Shown here one piece after another: positions 37,601-50,073 of a stretch of 64,000 bases of DNA. The notes under the pieces are model-generated. The model saw only the letters and a program-made list of their open reading frames with translations, was not told the origin of the DNA and did not search any database. Within the stretch, counting starts at the first letter, position 1. The number at the start of each line of letters is the position of its first letter. Origin of the DNA: Antedon mediterranea (taxonomy: Eukaryota > Animalia > Echinodermata); contig NC_092680.1 in NCBI RefSeq assembly GCF_964355755.1, positions 9,114,001 through 9,178,000 of the forward strand. The letters are read 5' to 3'. A program made the translations under genes and the position numbers.

Positions 37601-40600
37601 TCCGTTATACACGAGAGTGGAGTATAGAGTGTGATTAGCAAAACATTATCCGAGTATAATGACGTAAGTAGATCGTAAACAGATAAGTGGTGATAGTATG
37701 TTGACCGGACGCTAGTTGGCAATATGAACACCCCACTACACTACTTATTCAAACCATAACATTACTGATATATTCAAACTTACCCTTCTCGTCGATTCCC
37801 TTTGATACGCTTACCGTGTCGGGATCACGCTTGAAATGTGGCATTGAACGTAAACGTTTTCGACGAACGGAATAACCGCATGAAATGAATGTACACGCAA
37901 TTGATACGGCGACAACCATCACAATCACTATGATATAGGTGCTTGAAGACCCTTGAGTTGTCTTACCTTAAAAACAATAAAAAATAATATGATGGTTTAG
38001 TACATTTTATGTAGGCCTATATTAATTTAGAAATACAGTAACGTGTGAATATGCGCCCCACAAAATTGATTGATTGATTATTATTATAAAATAGTCAACA
38101 TCTGTTACTATACCGTCATCATTATCATACCACCATCGTCATTACCACGACCAACACCATTATAATACCATCACCATAATAATCACCACAACGGCCGCGA
38201 TCCTACAAACACCACCACAATATAAATTACCATATACAACCTCGGTACCACAAATTATTTTTATTCTATTAATCTCCTGTCATATTCTTTATTTTTGTAC
38301 TAACCACACACTTTATTGCGATTCCAGCAGTGCTAAATGGCCACCAATAGAAAATCAGTTAAATCACTCTTTTAGGTTACTAAGCGAAAGCATTGTTTTT
38401 AATCTTTATAATTGATCTATGTGGATTTGGAAGCAGAAGAGACAGTTTACATTTTTTAATCTTTATAATTGATCTATGTGGATTTGGAAGCAGAGGAGAC
38501 AGTTTACATTTTTTAATCTTTATAATTGATCTATGTGGATTTGGAAGCAGAAGAGACAGTTTACATTTTTTAATCTTTATAATTGATCTATGTGGATTTG
38601 GAAGCAGAAGAGACAGTTTACATTTTTTAATCTTTATAATTGATCTATGTGGATTTGGAAGCAGAAGAGACAGTTTACATTTTTTAATCTTTATAATTGA
38701 TCTATGTGGATTTGGAAGCAGAAGAGACAGTTTACATTTTTTAATCTTTATAATTGATCTATGTGGATTTGGAAGCAGAAGAGACAGTTTACATTTTTTA
38801 ATCTTTATAATTGATCTATGTGGATTTGGAAGCAGAGGAGACAGTTTACATTTTTTAATCTTTATAATTGATCTATGTGGATTTGGAAGCAGAGGAGACA
38901 GTTTACATTTTTTAATCTTTATAATTGATCTATGTGGATTTGGAAGCAGAGGAAACAGTTTACATTTTTTAATCTTTATAATTGATCTATGTGGATTTGG
39001 AAGCAGAAGAGACAGTTTACATTTTTTAATCTTTATAATTGATCTATGTGGATTTGGAAGCAGAGGAGACAGTTTACATTTTTTAATCTTTATAATTGAT
39101 CTATGTGGATTTGGAAGCAGAAGAGACAGTTTACATTTTTTAATCTTTATAATTGATCTATGTGGATTTGGAAGCAGAAGAGACAGTTTACATTTTTTAA
39201 TCTTTATAATTGATCTATGTGGATTTGGAAGCAGAGGAGACAGTTTACATTTTTTAATCTTTATAATTGATCTATGTGGATTTGGAAGCAGAAGAGACAG
39301 TTTACATTTTTTAATCTTTATAATTGATCTATGTGGATTTGGAAGCAGAAGAGACAGTTTACATTTTTTAATCTTTATAATTGATCTATGTGGATTTGGA
39401 AGCAGAGGAGACAGTTTACATTTTTTAATCTTTATAATTGATCTATGTGGATTTGGAAACAGAGGAGACAGTTTACATTTTTTCCTCCCGTTTGTTTGTG
39501 TCGTTCTCTACAAAAATGAAGATGTGACTGTCATAAAAGTACATTAATAACAGTTTAGTGCAAAAACATGTTGGCATTTATTAAAAAATACGTTTAGAAA
39601 TAAATAGTGCTCTGAATTACAACGACAACATGCAAGTATATTATTATTAAAGAAGTATTAGTACTGTACTGTACTGTAATAATGAATATTTATGTGTTGA
39701 GAAGAGCGTATTCATCTCCACATTCAACTCATGATATTTGTTTTCTGACACACCTATCAGATCACTATCACTTAATCCACTGCTTAAAAGTAAGTGAAAA
39801 GGTAAAAGGCTATAGTAATGACGACGCACAAGTTGGTTTGCAAACGCACGATATATAGTCACCACAGAATTATATATTTTTATCTTCAAAAAGCGGCAGT
39901 ATATAGAACTATTAAATTGATCTTTACTGTGCAATAGAGCAATACACCCGATTCGGCAGTTTGTCATCATATAGATATACTAATTACTGTCGATAGTCGG
40001 TTAGAATCTATCTAATGACAGCTGCAGAATGGGGTTGATACATTAAGGCGACTTTTACCATGCTATATTCTGGTCAAGAACAATACCAACAAGGTTCTTT
40101 ATCTATTATAACTTCCAAAGTGGCAGATTCTGGAATGTACCAGTATGCTTTATAATATACAAATAATGAATGTTTATGAGTGCAATGGTACAAATAATGG
40201 CACGAGGTGAATGATGAAAGGTTATATCAACGAGGCAAAGCCGAGTTGATATAACCTTTCATCATTCACCAAGTGCCATTATTTGTACCATTACACGAAT
40301 ACAAAACATTCATTATTTGTTTTATATAACATCTAGACGTTTTTTTTTCGTACACAAAAATGTTTCAAAAAGTACTATTTAACGATCGTTGAATAGTGCG
40401 TACTATTGCACGCCATGTGACCCACATTCATCCAATCAAATGACAGGAATTTATATAGGTGTTATATAATAAATATTATTTCACTCACTAATGAAGTGTT
40501 ATAATCATTTTACAGTAGTACTAGAACGATAAGATTTCCTATTAATGAAATGTTAAATAAATTTAAAAGATAAGAAAGATAAAGTAATGTAATATATTAA

Positions 40601-43600
40601 TTTTTTGCTAGTAAACATTATAATAAACGCACATAAGTTTTTAGTTTAAAGTTAATCAATAGCAAAACTAATATTCGGAATTCAAGAATTTATTTAGTTA
40701 AAAATGAAATAATTTGGTTTAATGAGAATTTTAGTTTTTTTTGTATTGTATAATTTTGCTTTAATTTCTTCTTTTGTCATCTCTTCTTTTCCTTTGCCCC
40801 TTTCTATGCCTTTGTCGTGTAGGTTTTACGCTGCTTGGTGGAGGAAAGGTTTCTACAAAAAATAAAACAAATAAATAAATAACCAAGGAAACGGCCAAAA
40901 GCAAAGAACTGAAATAATTTGGAATATTTGTTTTTAATATTTATACAACTACAGTATTAATATTTTAGATTTAATCACGTTCATTTTGATTTAATTTTCA
41001 GTATTTTGGTTTTAAGAGATCAATCGAAGTTTCAAATGACTTTTCGGTCCTAAATAATATGAATGTATGTATAGCATTCATTCATTCATTCATTTATTCA
41101 ATAGTATGTAGGCCACTGGCCTAAGTACAATAATAGATAATAGTACATAAGTAGTAGTAGAGTAGTATAAGTAGTAACAGCAAAATAATTAGTTCTCTTT
41201 TTGTATGCGAAAAAGGCAAATCTTACCAGGTTATTGATTACTTTTTTCTATTTGTTTTTCATTAGTAAAATAAACTTTGTTGTAAAATAATACTAAAACA
41301 AAGTTCATTTTCAACCTCATTAGATTCGCAATCTTTACAAATTCGTTTTTCTCTGTATCACTGTAGACTAATATCACCCATGGAGTTTGAAGTCAGTACC
41401 GCTACGCGTATAATAGCTCGGGTTTTTTTAACATTTATATTGTTTATTATAAGATATAAACATTTGCAATAACGGTGATTGATAATAAATGATCGCATCA
41501 ATCTTTTGTCCTTGTTCTGAGTCTAATATTACATTCACCTTTTATGATAGAACAGAACGGTCTTTATCTGATGCTTGATAATATCCCTCATAAATATTAA
41601 TGCATCCTACATCCTTAATTGCAATGTAATTTTGATCATCTTATAAATTGTTCTATTGGTTGCATTATATCTTTGCATCATTTCTGTACAAGCATCACCC
41701 CCGAGAATAGAGTTAGAATATAAATATATTTTACGTGCTTTGGCATTGAACAGAAGTTCCAATTCCATTCCAATTTATACAGTAAGAGTAATGTTCACTT
41801 ACTAAGCAATAGCTGGATTATAACTATTATTATAGGCCTACTATACTACATAGCAATGGTTTTTCTAATAAAAAGAAAAGTACACTATACAGCAGTTTTA
41901 AATAATTAAATCGAAGCAGTTGCTGTGAAGACCATTTCTGTTAGTAGGTTATAGAAATTATATCGTGAAAATATAGAATTTTGAGAAAACTGTAAACATT
42001 GTCACTGGGACATTGTTTTAGCCTACCTGGTATTTCTGTAGGCGATTCAAGTTCTGAAGTGTTGAATTGTACTACTGTTGTTATGCCTGCCCTTCCTTCA
42101 CTAGTTAACCCAACCATCTGAAAATATACACAATAATTTCCAATAGAACACAAAACTGGGTTGAATCACGGATGGAAACTAATTGTTTGTTTAGGACGTT
42201 AATTGTATATCTTATATCACCCTTTACCTGATTTTTTAATCAGTATTTTAAATATTAAAAATATACATTTGAAATAATATACAATTGTCTTTTAAATTGA
42301 GTATTGTTGAGCCTACGCTCTTGAATAATCTACCTTAAACATTATAGGCACTCGTCATTATTGAATGTCAAGATTCGAGCTGTACATTATGTTTAAACTA
42401 CATCAAATAATTCCAATGAAAATAATATTTCAACTCCTTGGGCAAATAAATGAAAGTAATCAAATAAATGATAACAAGAATGAGTTAATGCTAAAGTTTG
42501 ATAATAATACATAGATCAACAACATAACAACAGTTGCAATAATAGTACAATAATGACGTCATATGCAGAATAATTTAAAAATCATTTATGTAAATGATAT
42601 CCACCATCATCTTTAATAAGATAACGTGTTCCCTTCAAGGTTTAAACACTTAGTGCATTTTTCCGTAAATTAATCTCTAAGTTAATCTTTTTACCTCTAA
42701 GTCATACATTGTGTTTTGTTCTAGTTGTCGAATAATTTTGGTTGAAACGCGTTCACTGCTTTCTATTTTAATCTGAAAATGTAAATGGAACAGGATATTG
42801 TTAATAACAAGGCTTATTAACGGTAGTATCAATGGTGGAAAATATATCGAATCAAAAGTTGTGTACCAAATGAAAGCAAATTCCGTTTGTTCATACGTTC
42901 ATACATACTGAGAAATAAAACATATGCTTAATTTAAGCGAGATACTTTATATTTCTTATAGATGGGAAACATTAAATCTTAGAATTGTTTCATAATTATC
43001 AAAGGTGGTGATTTTTATGTTCCAATATCATAAGAGTATACACGATGCCTTTTATCATCAGACACAGATGGGATATTGCATGAGGCGGCCAACATCTCAA
43101 CCCGGGCCTAACCCACAGTATTTGAGCCAATACTACATTTTAAATTATTATAATAGTTTTACTTCATTTATCTTTCTCAAATCCACTTCCGATTGATTAG
43201 CATCGTTCAGATATCCACGTGGTGCGGTTCGTATGGAGATAGTGTCTGTTCCAAGTGGCCTTAACCACGATATGAATATCTCGCTTTCCTTATCTGTGAT
43301 CACGCTAGAAACTTGGACATCTGCTGGGGCGCTTGGATACTGTGGATCTAAAAATATATTGAATTTGTATATTTTTAATAATTTCATTTGAAGACCTTTA
43401 GATTGTGTTACTACTGAAAAGGATTGTCTGAACGGGTTACATGTCAAGCGTTTACAGAACAGTACACAATGCATATTATTAGTTTAATTAATTAACTGTA
43501 GTAACAGTTAAAATGCGTCACCCCAACATTTTTTGCTTGAATTGTAGAGTAGAAACAACTGGTGTGTAAAAACAATTTTAGAAATGACCAAACAACATTT

Positions 43601-46600
43601 CGATGGAGACCAATCACTAAAACAAACTACTCATTTAATTTACCTAACGTGGAACAATATTCGTAGTCGTTTGTCTCTCGGTAGCAATCTACAAATAAAT
43701 GAATTAATAAAGCTGGTTAAAATGTAATTATTACTTAAACGAAGTTGAATTGCCTGCACACAATAGAATATGCCATTTGGATTATAAGACTTTCTTACGT
43801 TGGTCCGTGTGTAACAAGCAATTTATGTACGTTAAAGAATGTAGTTTTTCACATTCAAAAAATGCGTTTGGTTCCAACTTCGACACAATCATGTACATTG
43901 TAATAACTACGCACTGTGATATTTTATACTGAACATCGGGAAACAATCGATCCATAATAACTAATATTAATTGATCAATCACTGCAATGTCAACTCCCAT
44001 CACCAACTTACCTAAATACCGGCGAAATACTCTCCACTTTTTATGCTCTTCATCATATAAAACCATGCCTAATTATCTGTTACCCCTTGGGCTATACCAT
44101 TACATTTCTTTTTCCTTACTTTCGAGTATTTCTTGTAACTACAAATCAAATGAGTTTTACCTACCTACGCCTATAGAGTATAATTTAGTACCATCACCAA
44201 GCATCTTAATATTTTGTTCTTTGTTAGCAAGCTTAATCTAAAAATAAAATACTGTATGTATCATGTCATCGGAAACAGTTATTACAGCGCGTTTATCAAC
44301 AATTGTCGCGTATAAACATATACAACGATATTACGTATATTTATCACGAACGAACTTTTCTTTGTCCTTGAAATGGTTAACGAATCTGTAGATTGCATTA
44401 CTTTACACAAATTAAAAACTTCTAGTCCATAAAAAACTTACCCGAAATTCATAATGATAATTGTATTCTAATGGAGTTAATATTATACTTTCATTCCCCT
44501 GAAATGAATAAGGAACTAGATATAATCACGACATTACACTCTAAAAACTTGAGAGAATGCAAGAATTTTGCCATAATTATTGAAAGAAATTCAAAAGGCG
44601 TACTTACAACATAGAGATCAGATTCAGCTATTTCACACTTTAGTTCGTTAGGATCTGGGATTTTGTAATCAACAATGTATCCGTCAAAATCTACCAATAA
44701 AAATGATTAAATTGGTATTAATATATAAATATTATACCCAAAAAGAAACCAAACAGATTTGTGTTAACAAAAAAACATCTTTAATGATGGTGTGTTTACA
44801 GCGCTGACAACTCTAAAAAGAGGTCAAACTGCCAGGAACTACTCATCCAGTAAGGGTTTCTGACCATGGCTCTTAAACTCTTTACTGTGGACGAAAGGAA
44901 CATTCTAAAATAATCAAATTTAACTTACCAATATCAGAATCCGGTTTTTTCCATGAGAGAAAAGCTCCGAGTGTATAGCTAATACTTCCATTGATTCCAT
45001 CATTTCTAACTTCAACAATATAATCCAAGTTTACTGTTGTTTTGTTAGGCCCAAGTCCGCCTGATAAATGTATTAACAGCATTATAAAGGCATAGCCATG
45101 TTATTATAATAAGTAATTTTGCAATTCTCCAAAATCTTAGTTTCTAGTCAATTTCGCCCTAGGCAAGCGCTGTCAGAATTGGCCTAGATTAAACACACTA
45201 AATTAACTTACTAAATATATTTTTTTTTACTTTTTAAAGTACTTTATTATATTACATATATTACTAATTTGATACAAATATATAGGCAATATCGCTCTAG
45301 GCAAACGCTGTCAGAATTGACCTAGATTAAAAACACTAAATTAAAGATGTATTGTCCCTTTGACTAATAAAAAAAAAACGATTTTGAAAAAAAGGTGGGT
45401 TATTTTGAAGTATCATAATAGTTATTAACTTTCACCAAAAATTAGTCGAAAAAAAATAATTTAACTGAAATACAGACGTTTTTTGACTTCCAGTCAAAGT
45501 TTCGATCAAAACATATTTCATAGTGCAACGCGCTTGTTTGGAATTTTCCAGACGAAATGTAATCAAACTAATTTACCTATTAATTACGTAAACTTGTTGT
45601 TTTTGGTTCGAATTTTTGACTTCAAGTGAATAACTTAAATATTACTTTGATATAGCTAATTTAAAATTAGAATACTTTGACCTTCATTTTTGTGTGTTTC
45701 AAGCGACAATACATCTTTAACTTACTAATTATAATTTTTTGACTTTCTAAAGTACTTTATTATATTAAATATATTACTAATTTGATACAAATAAAAATGA
45801 TTATTAATATTTTGTTTCTTAAATACGGTTTAAAGTTGACACACTTGTAACCTACCTTACCATTTTTTCGAGCCATTCTTGAGATAGTCCAGGACAAACT
45901 TTCTTAAACCTACCCCTTGGGTGGTATATCTTTTGCCGATTTTAGTACAGGTTTAGTACAGGTTTAGTCCAGGACTAACGATAGTCTCCTTTCATGAATA
46001 CCATTTCGAGATAGTCCAGGACTAAATCCAGAGATAGTCCAGGACTAAATCCAGAGATAGTCCAGGTCTAAATCCAGAGATAATCCAGGACTAAATCCAG
46101 AGATATAGTTCAGGACTAAATCAAGAGATAGTCCAGGACTAAATCCAGAGATATTCCAGGACTAAATCCAGAGATAGTCCAGGACTAAATCCAGAGATAG
46201 TCCAGGACTAAATCCAGAGATAGTCCAGGACTAAGTTAGTCCCCTTTCATGAATACGGGCCTTATTGTTTACTTTGTTTCTCCAGCCAGTTATGTTATCG
46301 ACCATGGCAATGTAACATAATATTAAATGTGGATGGAAACTTTAGTTTGCAAACACAATTAAACTCGCAGTTCTCAATTTCTCTCAATTCGTTGTGCGAC
46401 AGAAAGCTTGATTACGTTTCCTAGTGTAGTGTAGGCTTATTAAACTAATTGCTAGTTTAGTCCTAACTAGTAGAAGTGATTATGACTAACTATAGGAAAC
46501 TTTAGTTTACAAGTTCCAAATTTGGATAGATTTTCAACCTTTCTAAATCTAGTGGACAGAAGTTAGACTTCTTGACAAATTAGTTTTCTGAGGTTTTGTT

Positions 46601-47047
46601 AACAAATTAAATAGCAAACTTTTTCTTGATTTCTAAGTTTGCAAACTCAGTTTGTCAAGAAGGTGCATGGCTTACTTATTAAAAGTATTCATCTTCTTAC
46701 CAAAGTTTGGAAAATCAATCTTTCTCCAGTTTGCAAACTAAAGTTCTTCTACAATAGGCAGTGCATCGTTTGGACAAACTTTTCCTAACATGTTAACAGT
46801 CAATAGCATTGCTTGTAGTCATGTACTCAAAGGGAACAGCAGCATATAATCTAGATGTCCGGAATTTGCGAAATAAACGTTTAGGGAAGTTTGCTGTGCA
46901 GAGATGTACCACATTTCAATATTTCTGTAATACTAATTGAAATGTAATATTAATTGAAAAATGCTTACCTAACCAGTTAGTGTCGCAATTAGGAGACACT
47001 ACGGTGCATGTTAATATGATCCACACAAATGGCCTTGCAGAGTCCAT
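28664..47047 (-). CDS. Receptor tyrosine kinase, copy 1 (signal peptide, two FN3-like domains, TM, non-RD tyrosine kinase domain), about 652 aa
   Basis: Exons (high to low): 47047-46969 ([19 protein letters not shown]...), 45060-44929, 44690-44608, 44498-44442, 44237-44165, 43688-43644, 43347-43163, 42772-42695, 42117-42027, 37966-37784 ([30 protein letters not shown]), 36868-36695 (GSGQFG, VAVK), 35680-35502, 30232-30149, 29873-29659 ([15 protein letters not shown]), 29125-28988 (WSFG), 28826-28664. All GT-AG, phases consistent, 1959 nt in frame. FN3 hallmarks: LSWKKP/ISWLRP, GYIVDY, L-x-x-N-x-x-Y-x-F/L. Confidence 0.9.
29386..29570. mobile_element. PIF/Harbinger-like MITE inserted into the TIR of an older related MITE
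   Basis: Same TIRs as the 10619 copy; the flanks rejoin as gcgtcta...gtgggaaccaagc, which is an interrupted TIR. Absent from the paralogous intron (53665-53984). Confidence 0.7.
31419..31494 (+). tRNA. tRNA-Ile(AAT)-like sequence (possibly a pseudogene or SINE head)
   Basis: Folds as acceptor GACCGGT/GCTGGTC, D stem GCTC/GAGC, anticodon stem TCGTG/CACGG with loop TT-AAT-AG, T arm ATGGG-TTCGAAC-CCCAT. A and B boxes are intact and TTTTT follows at 31533. It has 3 extra nt (AGC) after the D arm. Confidence 0.6.
31861..35085. mobile_element. Non-autonomous DNA transposon with about 0.85-kb terminal inverted repeats built from about 312-bp subrepeats
   Basis: Ends TAGTCCAGGAGTA / TACTCCTGGACTA; 31861 to about 32720 is the reverse complement of about 34230-35085. 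Subrepeats start at about 32080/32392/32695 and 34235/34553/34865; possible 3-bp TSD GCA. No transposase ORF. Confidence 0.8.
36248..36467 (+). repeat. Tandem repeat, about 97 bp, 2.2 copies
   Basis: acagaaatgagaatttgtaaactc recurs at about 36248, 36348 and 36444. Confidence 0.8.
38396..39483. repeat. 57-bp minisatellite, 19 near-perfect copies
   Basis: Unit ttttttaatctttataattgatctatgtggatttggaagcagaRgagacagtttaca; it produces the 384-aa repetitive ORF on +. Absent in paralog 2. Confidence 0.97.
40151..40326. repeat. Long palindrome (about 80-bp arms) around a GAGGCAAAGCCGAG centre; foldback/MITE-type repeat
   Basis: acaaataatgaatgttt...gaaaggttatatcaac pairs with gttgatataacctttc...aaacattcattatttgt. 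Confidence 0.8.
40761..40852 (-). CDS. Candidate alternative terminal exon of RTK copy 1 (secreted isoform with basic tail)
   Basis: Strong acceptor (ttatttgttttattttttgtag); phase 1 matches the donor at 42026. Encodes [36 protein letters not shown] on - at 40689-40694, about 70 nt after the stop. Confidence 0.45.
45345..45716. mobile_element. TTAA-targeting MITE (Kolobok-like termini AG..CT)
   Basis: TTAA|agatgtattgtc ... gacaatacatct|TTAA; it sits in the second unit of a 137-bp tandem duplication whose first unit (45155-45291) shows the empty TTAA site. Confidence 0.8.
46008..46233. repeat. 23-bp minisatellite, about 10 copies, inside a MITE remnant
   Basis: Unit gagatagtccaggactaaatcca; followed by ...tttcatgaatacgggcc-tta, a TIR-like end. 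Confidence 0.9.
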
Positions 47048-49657
47048 AGTATTTGACTGCTATAAACAATATAAAAAGTATTTGGGCTTAAAAAAAAAAA
47101 TAAAAACAGTGTTTTATCATAAAAGAATTGGTGACACACCAAAGAGATATCGAGCGCGTATAATAAAATAATAATTTACGTCAACTCATGGCCAGCGCAC
47201 AAGCATTGACGTACGGGCGCATTTACCTTAGTGTCATAGAGTATGCAATAACAATGTGAATTGTAAAAAGTTTTAGTAAAATTCCCTTTTATTTAGCTCT
47301 GATAGGCCTATCTAGTCAATATATATTCAAAATCGGTATCCATTACGAACGAATGCGTTATTATTTCTGTAACGCCATTAACGACATTTGTTGGTACTTT
47401 ATATAGAGAGAACGTTTTCTAAACAACTTGCATTAGTTTTTCTATTCTGTTTGATTAATATTATAAATCAATTGAATATCACTTAAGTGTCACTAGGCAT
47501 CACTGGCACTTTGTGATTGTGGTAAGAACCCTTTCTCTCTCCATCCTCTTCATTATAAATTATTAAACAGATTATCGTTGGAATAAAGCAGATTTGTTTG
47601 CTTTCATTTCAGTCTCTTCACAATCGTAAGGGACTCGCGGTAAGTTGTTATTAAAAGGTTACCTATAAATATGCCTAAGAGTAACATTAACATTTTGTAA
47701 TATTTAAAAGGGTCAATAAACAAAATGAGGACATTCTTGATAACCAACTCCATTTTACTGTTATAAGATATAACAGACTGTTATTAAACCTTAATTATAA
47801 CAGAATGTTAATGTTACCGTTGCTATGCAATTCCTGTTACTCCTAAGAAATGAAAGTAACTGCAACTTAAAAAACATCAGCACGTAGGCCTACCCACATT
47901 ATTATGAAAGCTAATTAGCATTTCTCTCTTGATATTTAGTTTTGATTTAACTTATTGTGTATTCTAATGGAAATGTTGCCACTATGGACCTACTATTGTT
48001 GAAATGCCGTAATATAATTTTGAAATAGGAAGGTAGAGCCAAATATTGTAGAACCAAGATTCAGACATAATAAATAAATATAATAATAAACTTTATAAAC
48101 TTCTAAATTTTATAAATTAATTAATTTAAATGTATTAAATATATACAATAATGTTTAATTCATAGTATACACATAAGTTTATGCATAAATTACAGTTTCA
48201 CCTGGAGTAATAAATATTGTTGATAATGTTGTGGGGGAGGGGAGAATCTAGGTGTGTGGAAATTAAGTAATGCGATAATCATGGGAATGCTGCAGCGGCT
48301 ATAGTGATCATTTGGCCTATAACATAAATTTTATATGTCATAAACCTCATAAAAGTTTATGATGATGGTATGATAATGATTACCTTTGGTTTAAAAATTA
48401 CAATTATTATACACGTCATTAATATTATCGTAGTGATTGCTTTTGCAATATTATACTTCCAATAATAATTTTCTGCAATGGGTCATAATAATGAATTGGT
48501 CTCTTGAGACGCGGTACTTAATATAAGTAAGATGCACTATCTTAATTTTGGTATTAGAAGCATATGCATTTTAAAGAATAATTAACACTAGAAGGGATGT
48601 ACCTCATTAGCGAAAAGCAAAATACCGATTGCAAAAGTTAATGTCATGTAAATACTGTACTGTAAGTATTGTAAATTATTCATTCATTAATTTATTCATT
48701 CTTTAATTTCAGATTAGAAGGAAAAGAAACATCACACGTAGGATATAGTTCTACCAGGGAAGAGTTGGCTTCCCTCGTTCTACTAAATCCGCGAAGGGCA
48801 TAGGAGTGGCGGAAATAATCCTTTAATCCCCTGAAATGATACCTCAAAAGTCGTTACATATTTCTGCATGTACCAAACTTCACTTGTTAGGTCCAACAAC
48901 TGTTAATTAGTCTAGAATCATTAGACCTATACGAATCATAGTTACGAATTAATAATTAGGTATAGCAATATGAAATTCTCATCATACAATACTGACATGT
49001 TGGGGGGACATTCTTATATGACACACAACCGTCGAGTAAGATGAACGTGAGACATGGAATGAAACAATAAACTACATGTACACCTTGCCTTATCTATAGA
49101 TAAATTTAAACTGAGCTTAACTAGTAGGCCTACCCATGGATTAATATTATTCCATGCTTTACCCAGTACTAACAACATAATTCTATTATATCCTTAATCA
49201 ATTATTATTATACTACCGGCACTTATGTGTTGAGAGGTGAATACTCCTTGAACCGGTGAAAATCTTCAATCCACACCCTCTATCCTGATTCTGTCGTAAT
49301 ATTAAATTGCTAGAGGTCAACTATTTATTACTTAATAAAATGCCCAGTTGGCCCGTGAATGAAAACAAACGTCAATGCTGGTGGAAACTGGTGCTACTAT
49401 ATTATTAGGCTATTTCTGAATTTAGATGAAAGCCTGGTGTAAATCCATTACGTTAATATTATACTCCCAATGTAATGTTAATTTTCTTTTTAATTATATA
49501 AAGTGTCTTATAGCAATTCCGTAATTGGCAGCAAGTTAAATAAAACCTGTTAGTGTTATATATTATACATATTTGACAAACAAAATTTGGCACAATTGGG
49601 GCATATTACTTAACTAAGAATATGCGAACTTTACTTTAGGAGTACCCCCAGCAGTAA

Positions 49658-49782
49658 CAATGCCATATGGCTGCAGTCGCGTGCTCAAATTTGAGTTAGT
49701 GTTTACCAACCGACCATCCGACCAACCGACCGATATAGTGAGCTGTAGAGTCGCGTTGCACGCACGCGACTGGCAAAAAAAA
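49658..49782 (-). mobile_element. Short internally deleted HINE of the same family
   Basis: The reverse complement reads ttttt..agtcgcgtg..gcgactctacagctcactatatcggtcggttgg...gcacgcgactgcagccatatggc, matching both ends of the 50830 element. Confidence 0.65.
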
Positions 49783-50073
49783 CCAATTAAAAAGTGACGT
49801 TTAAAAATAAGTTTGTAAAATACTATTGGAAAGGTCTGAAAAAGAATATTAATAGACTCACTAAAGATAATTATTATTCTTAGAAATTAGTAATCAAAGA
49901 TGAAAGCAATGCAATGATGTAGGCCTATAAAATGAAATAGGCCAATAAATACAGGGCATCATAAAGGTGTGTTCAAGCATCACTCACTTTCTTGTTAATT
50001 AAAATCAAATATACATTAATAAATACCTACAATAATGTATTAAAACAAAATTTGAAATGTTAAATCTACTTAC

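Noticed and set aside
38393-39547. 384-aa repetitive ORF on + (and possible CRISPR-like array)
   Set aside because: It is a by-product of a 57-bp (3n) minisatellite, antisense within an RTK intron and starting at TTG. The units are contiguous with no unique spacers, so it is not a CRISPR array.
46008-46233. The 23-bp repeat shares TAGTCCAGGA with the ends of the 31861-35085 element
   Set aside because: Only 10 nt of a near-palindrome and no further similarity; treated as coincidence.
28664-47047. Assigning a named symbol (FGFR, RET, TIE) to the RTKs
   Set aside because: The kinase is broadly of that type, but the ectodomain lacks Ig, cadherin or EGF repeats and the catalytic loop is non-RD; orthology cannot be established by eye.
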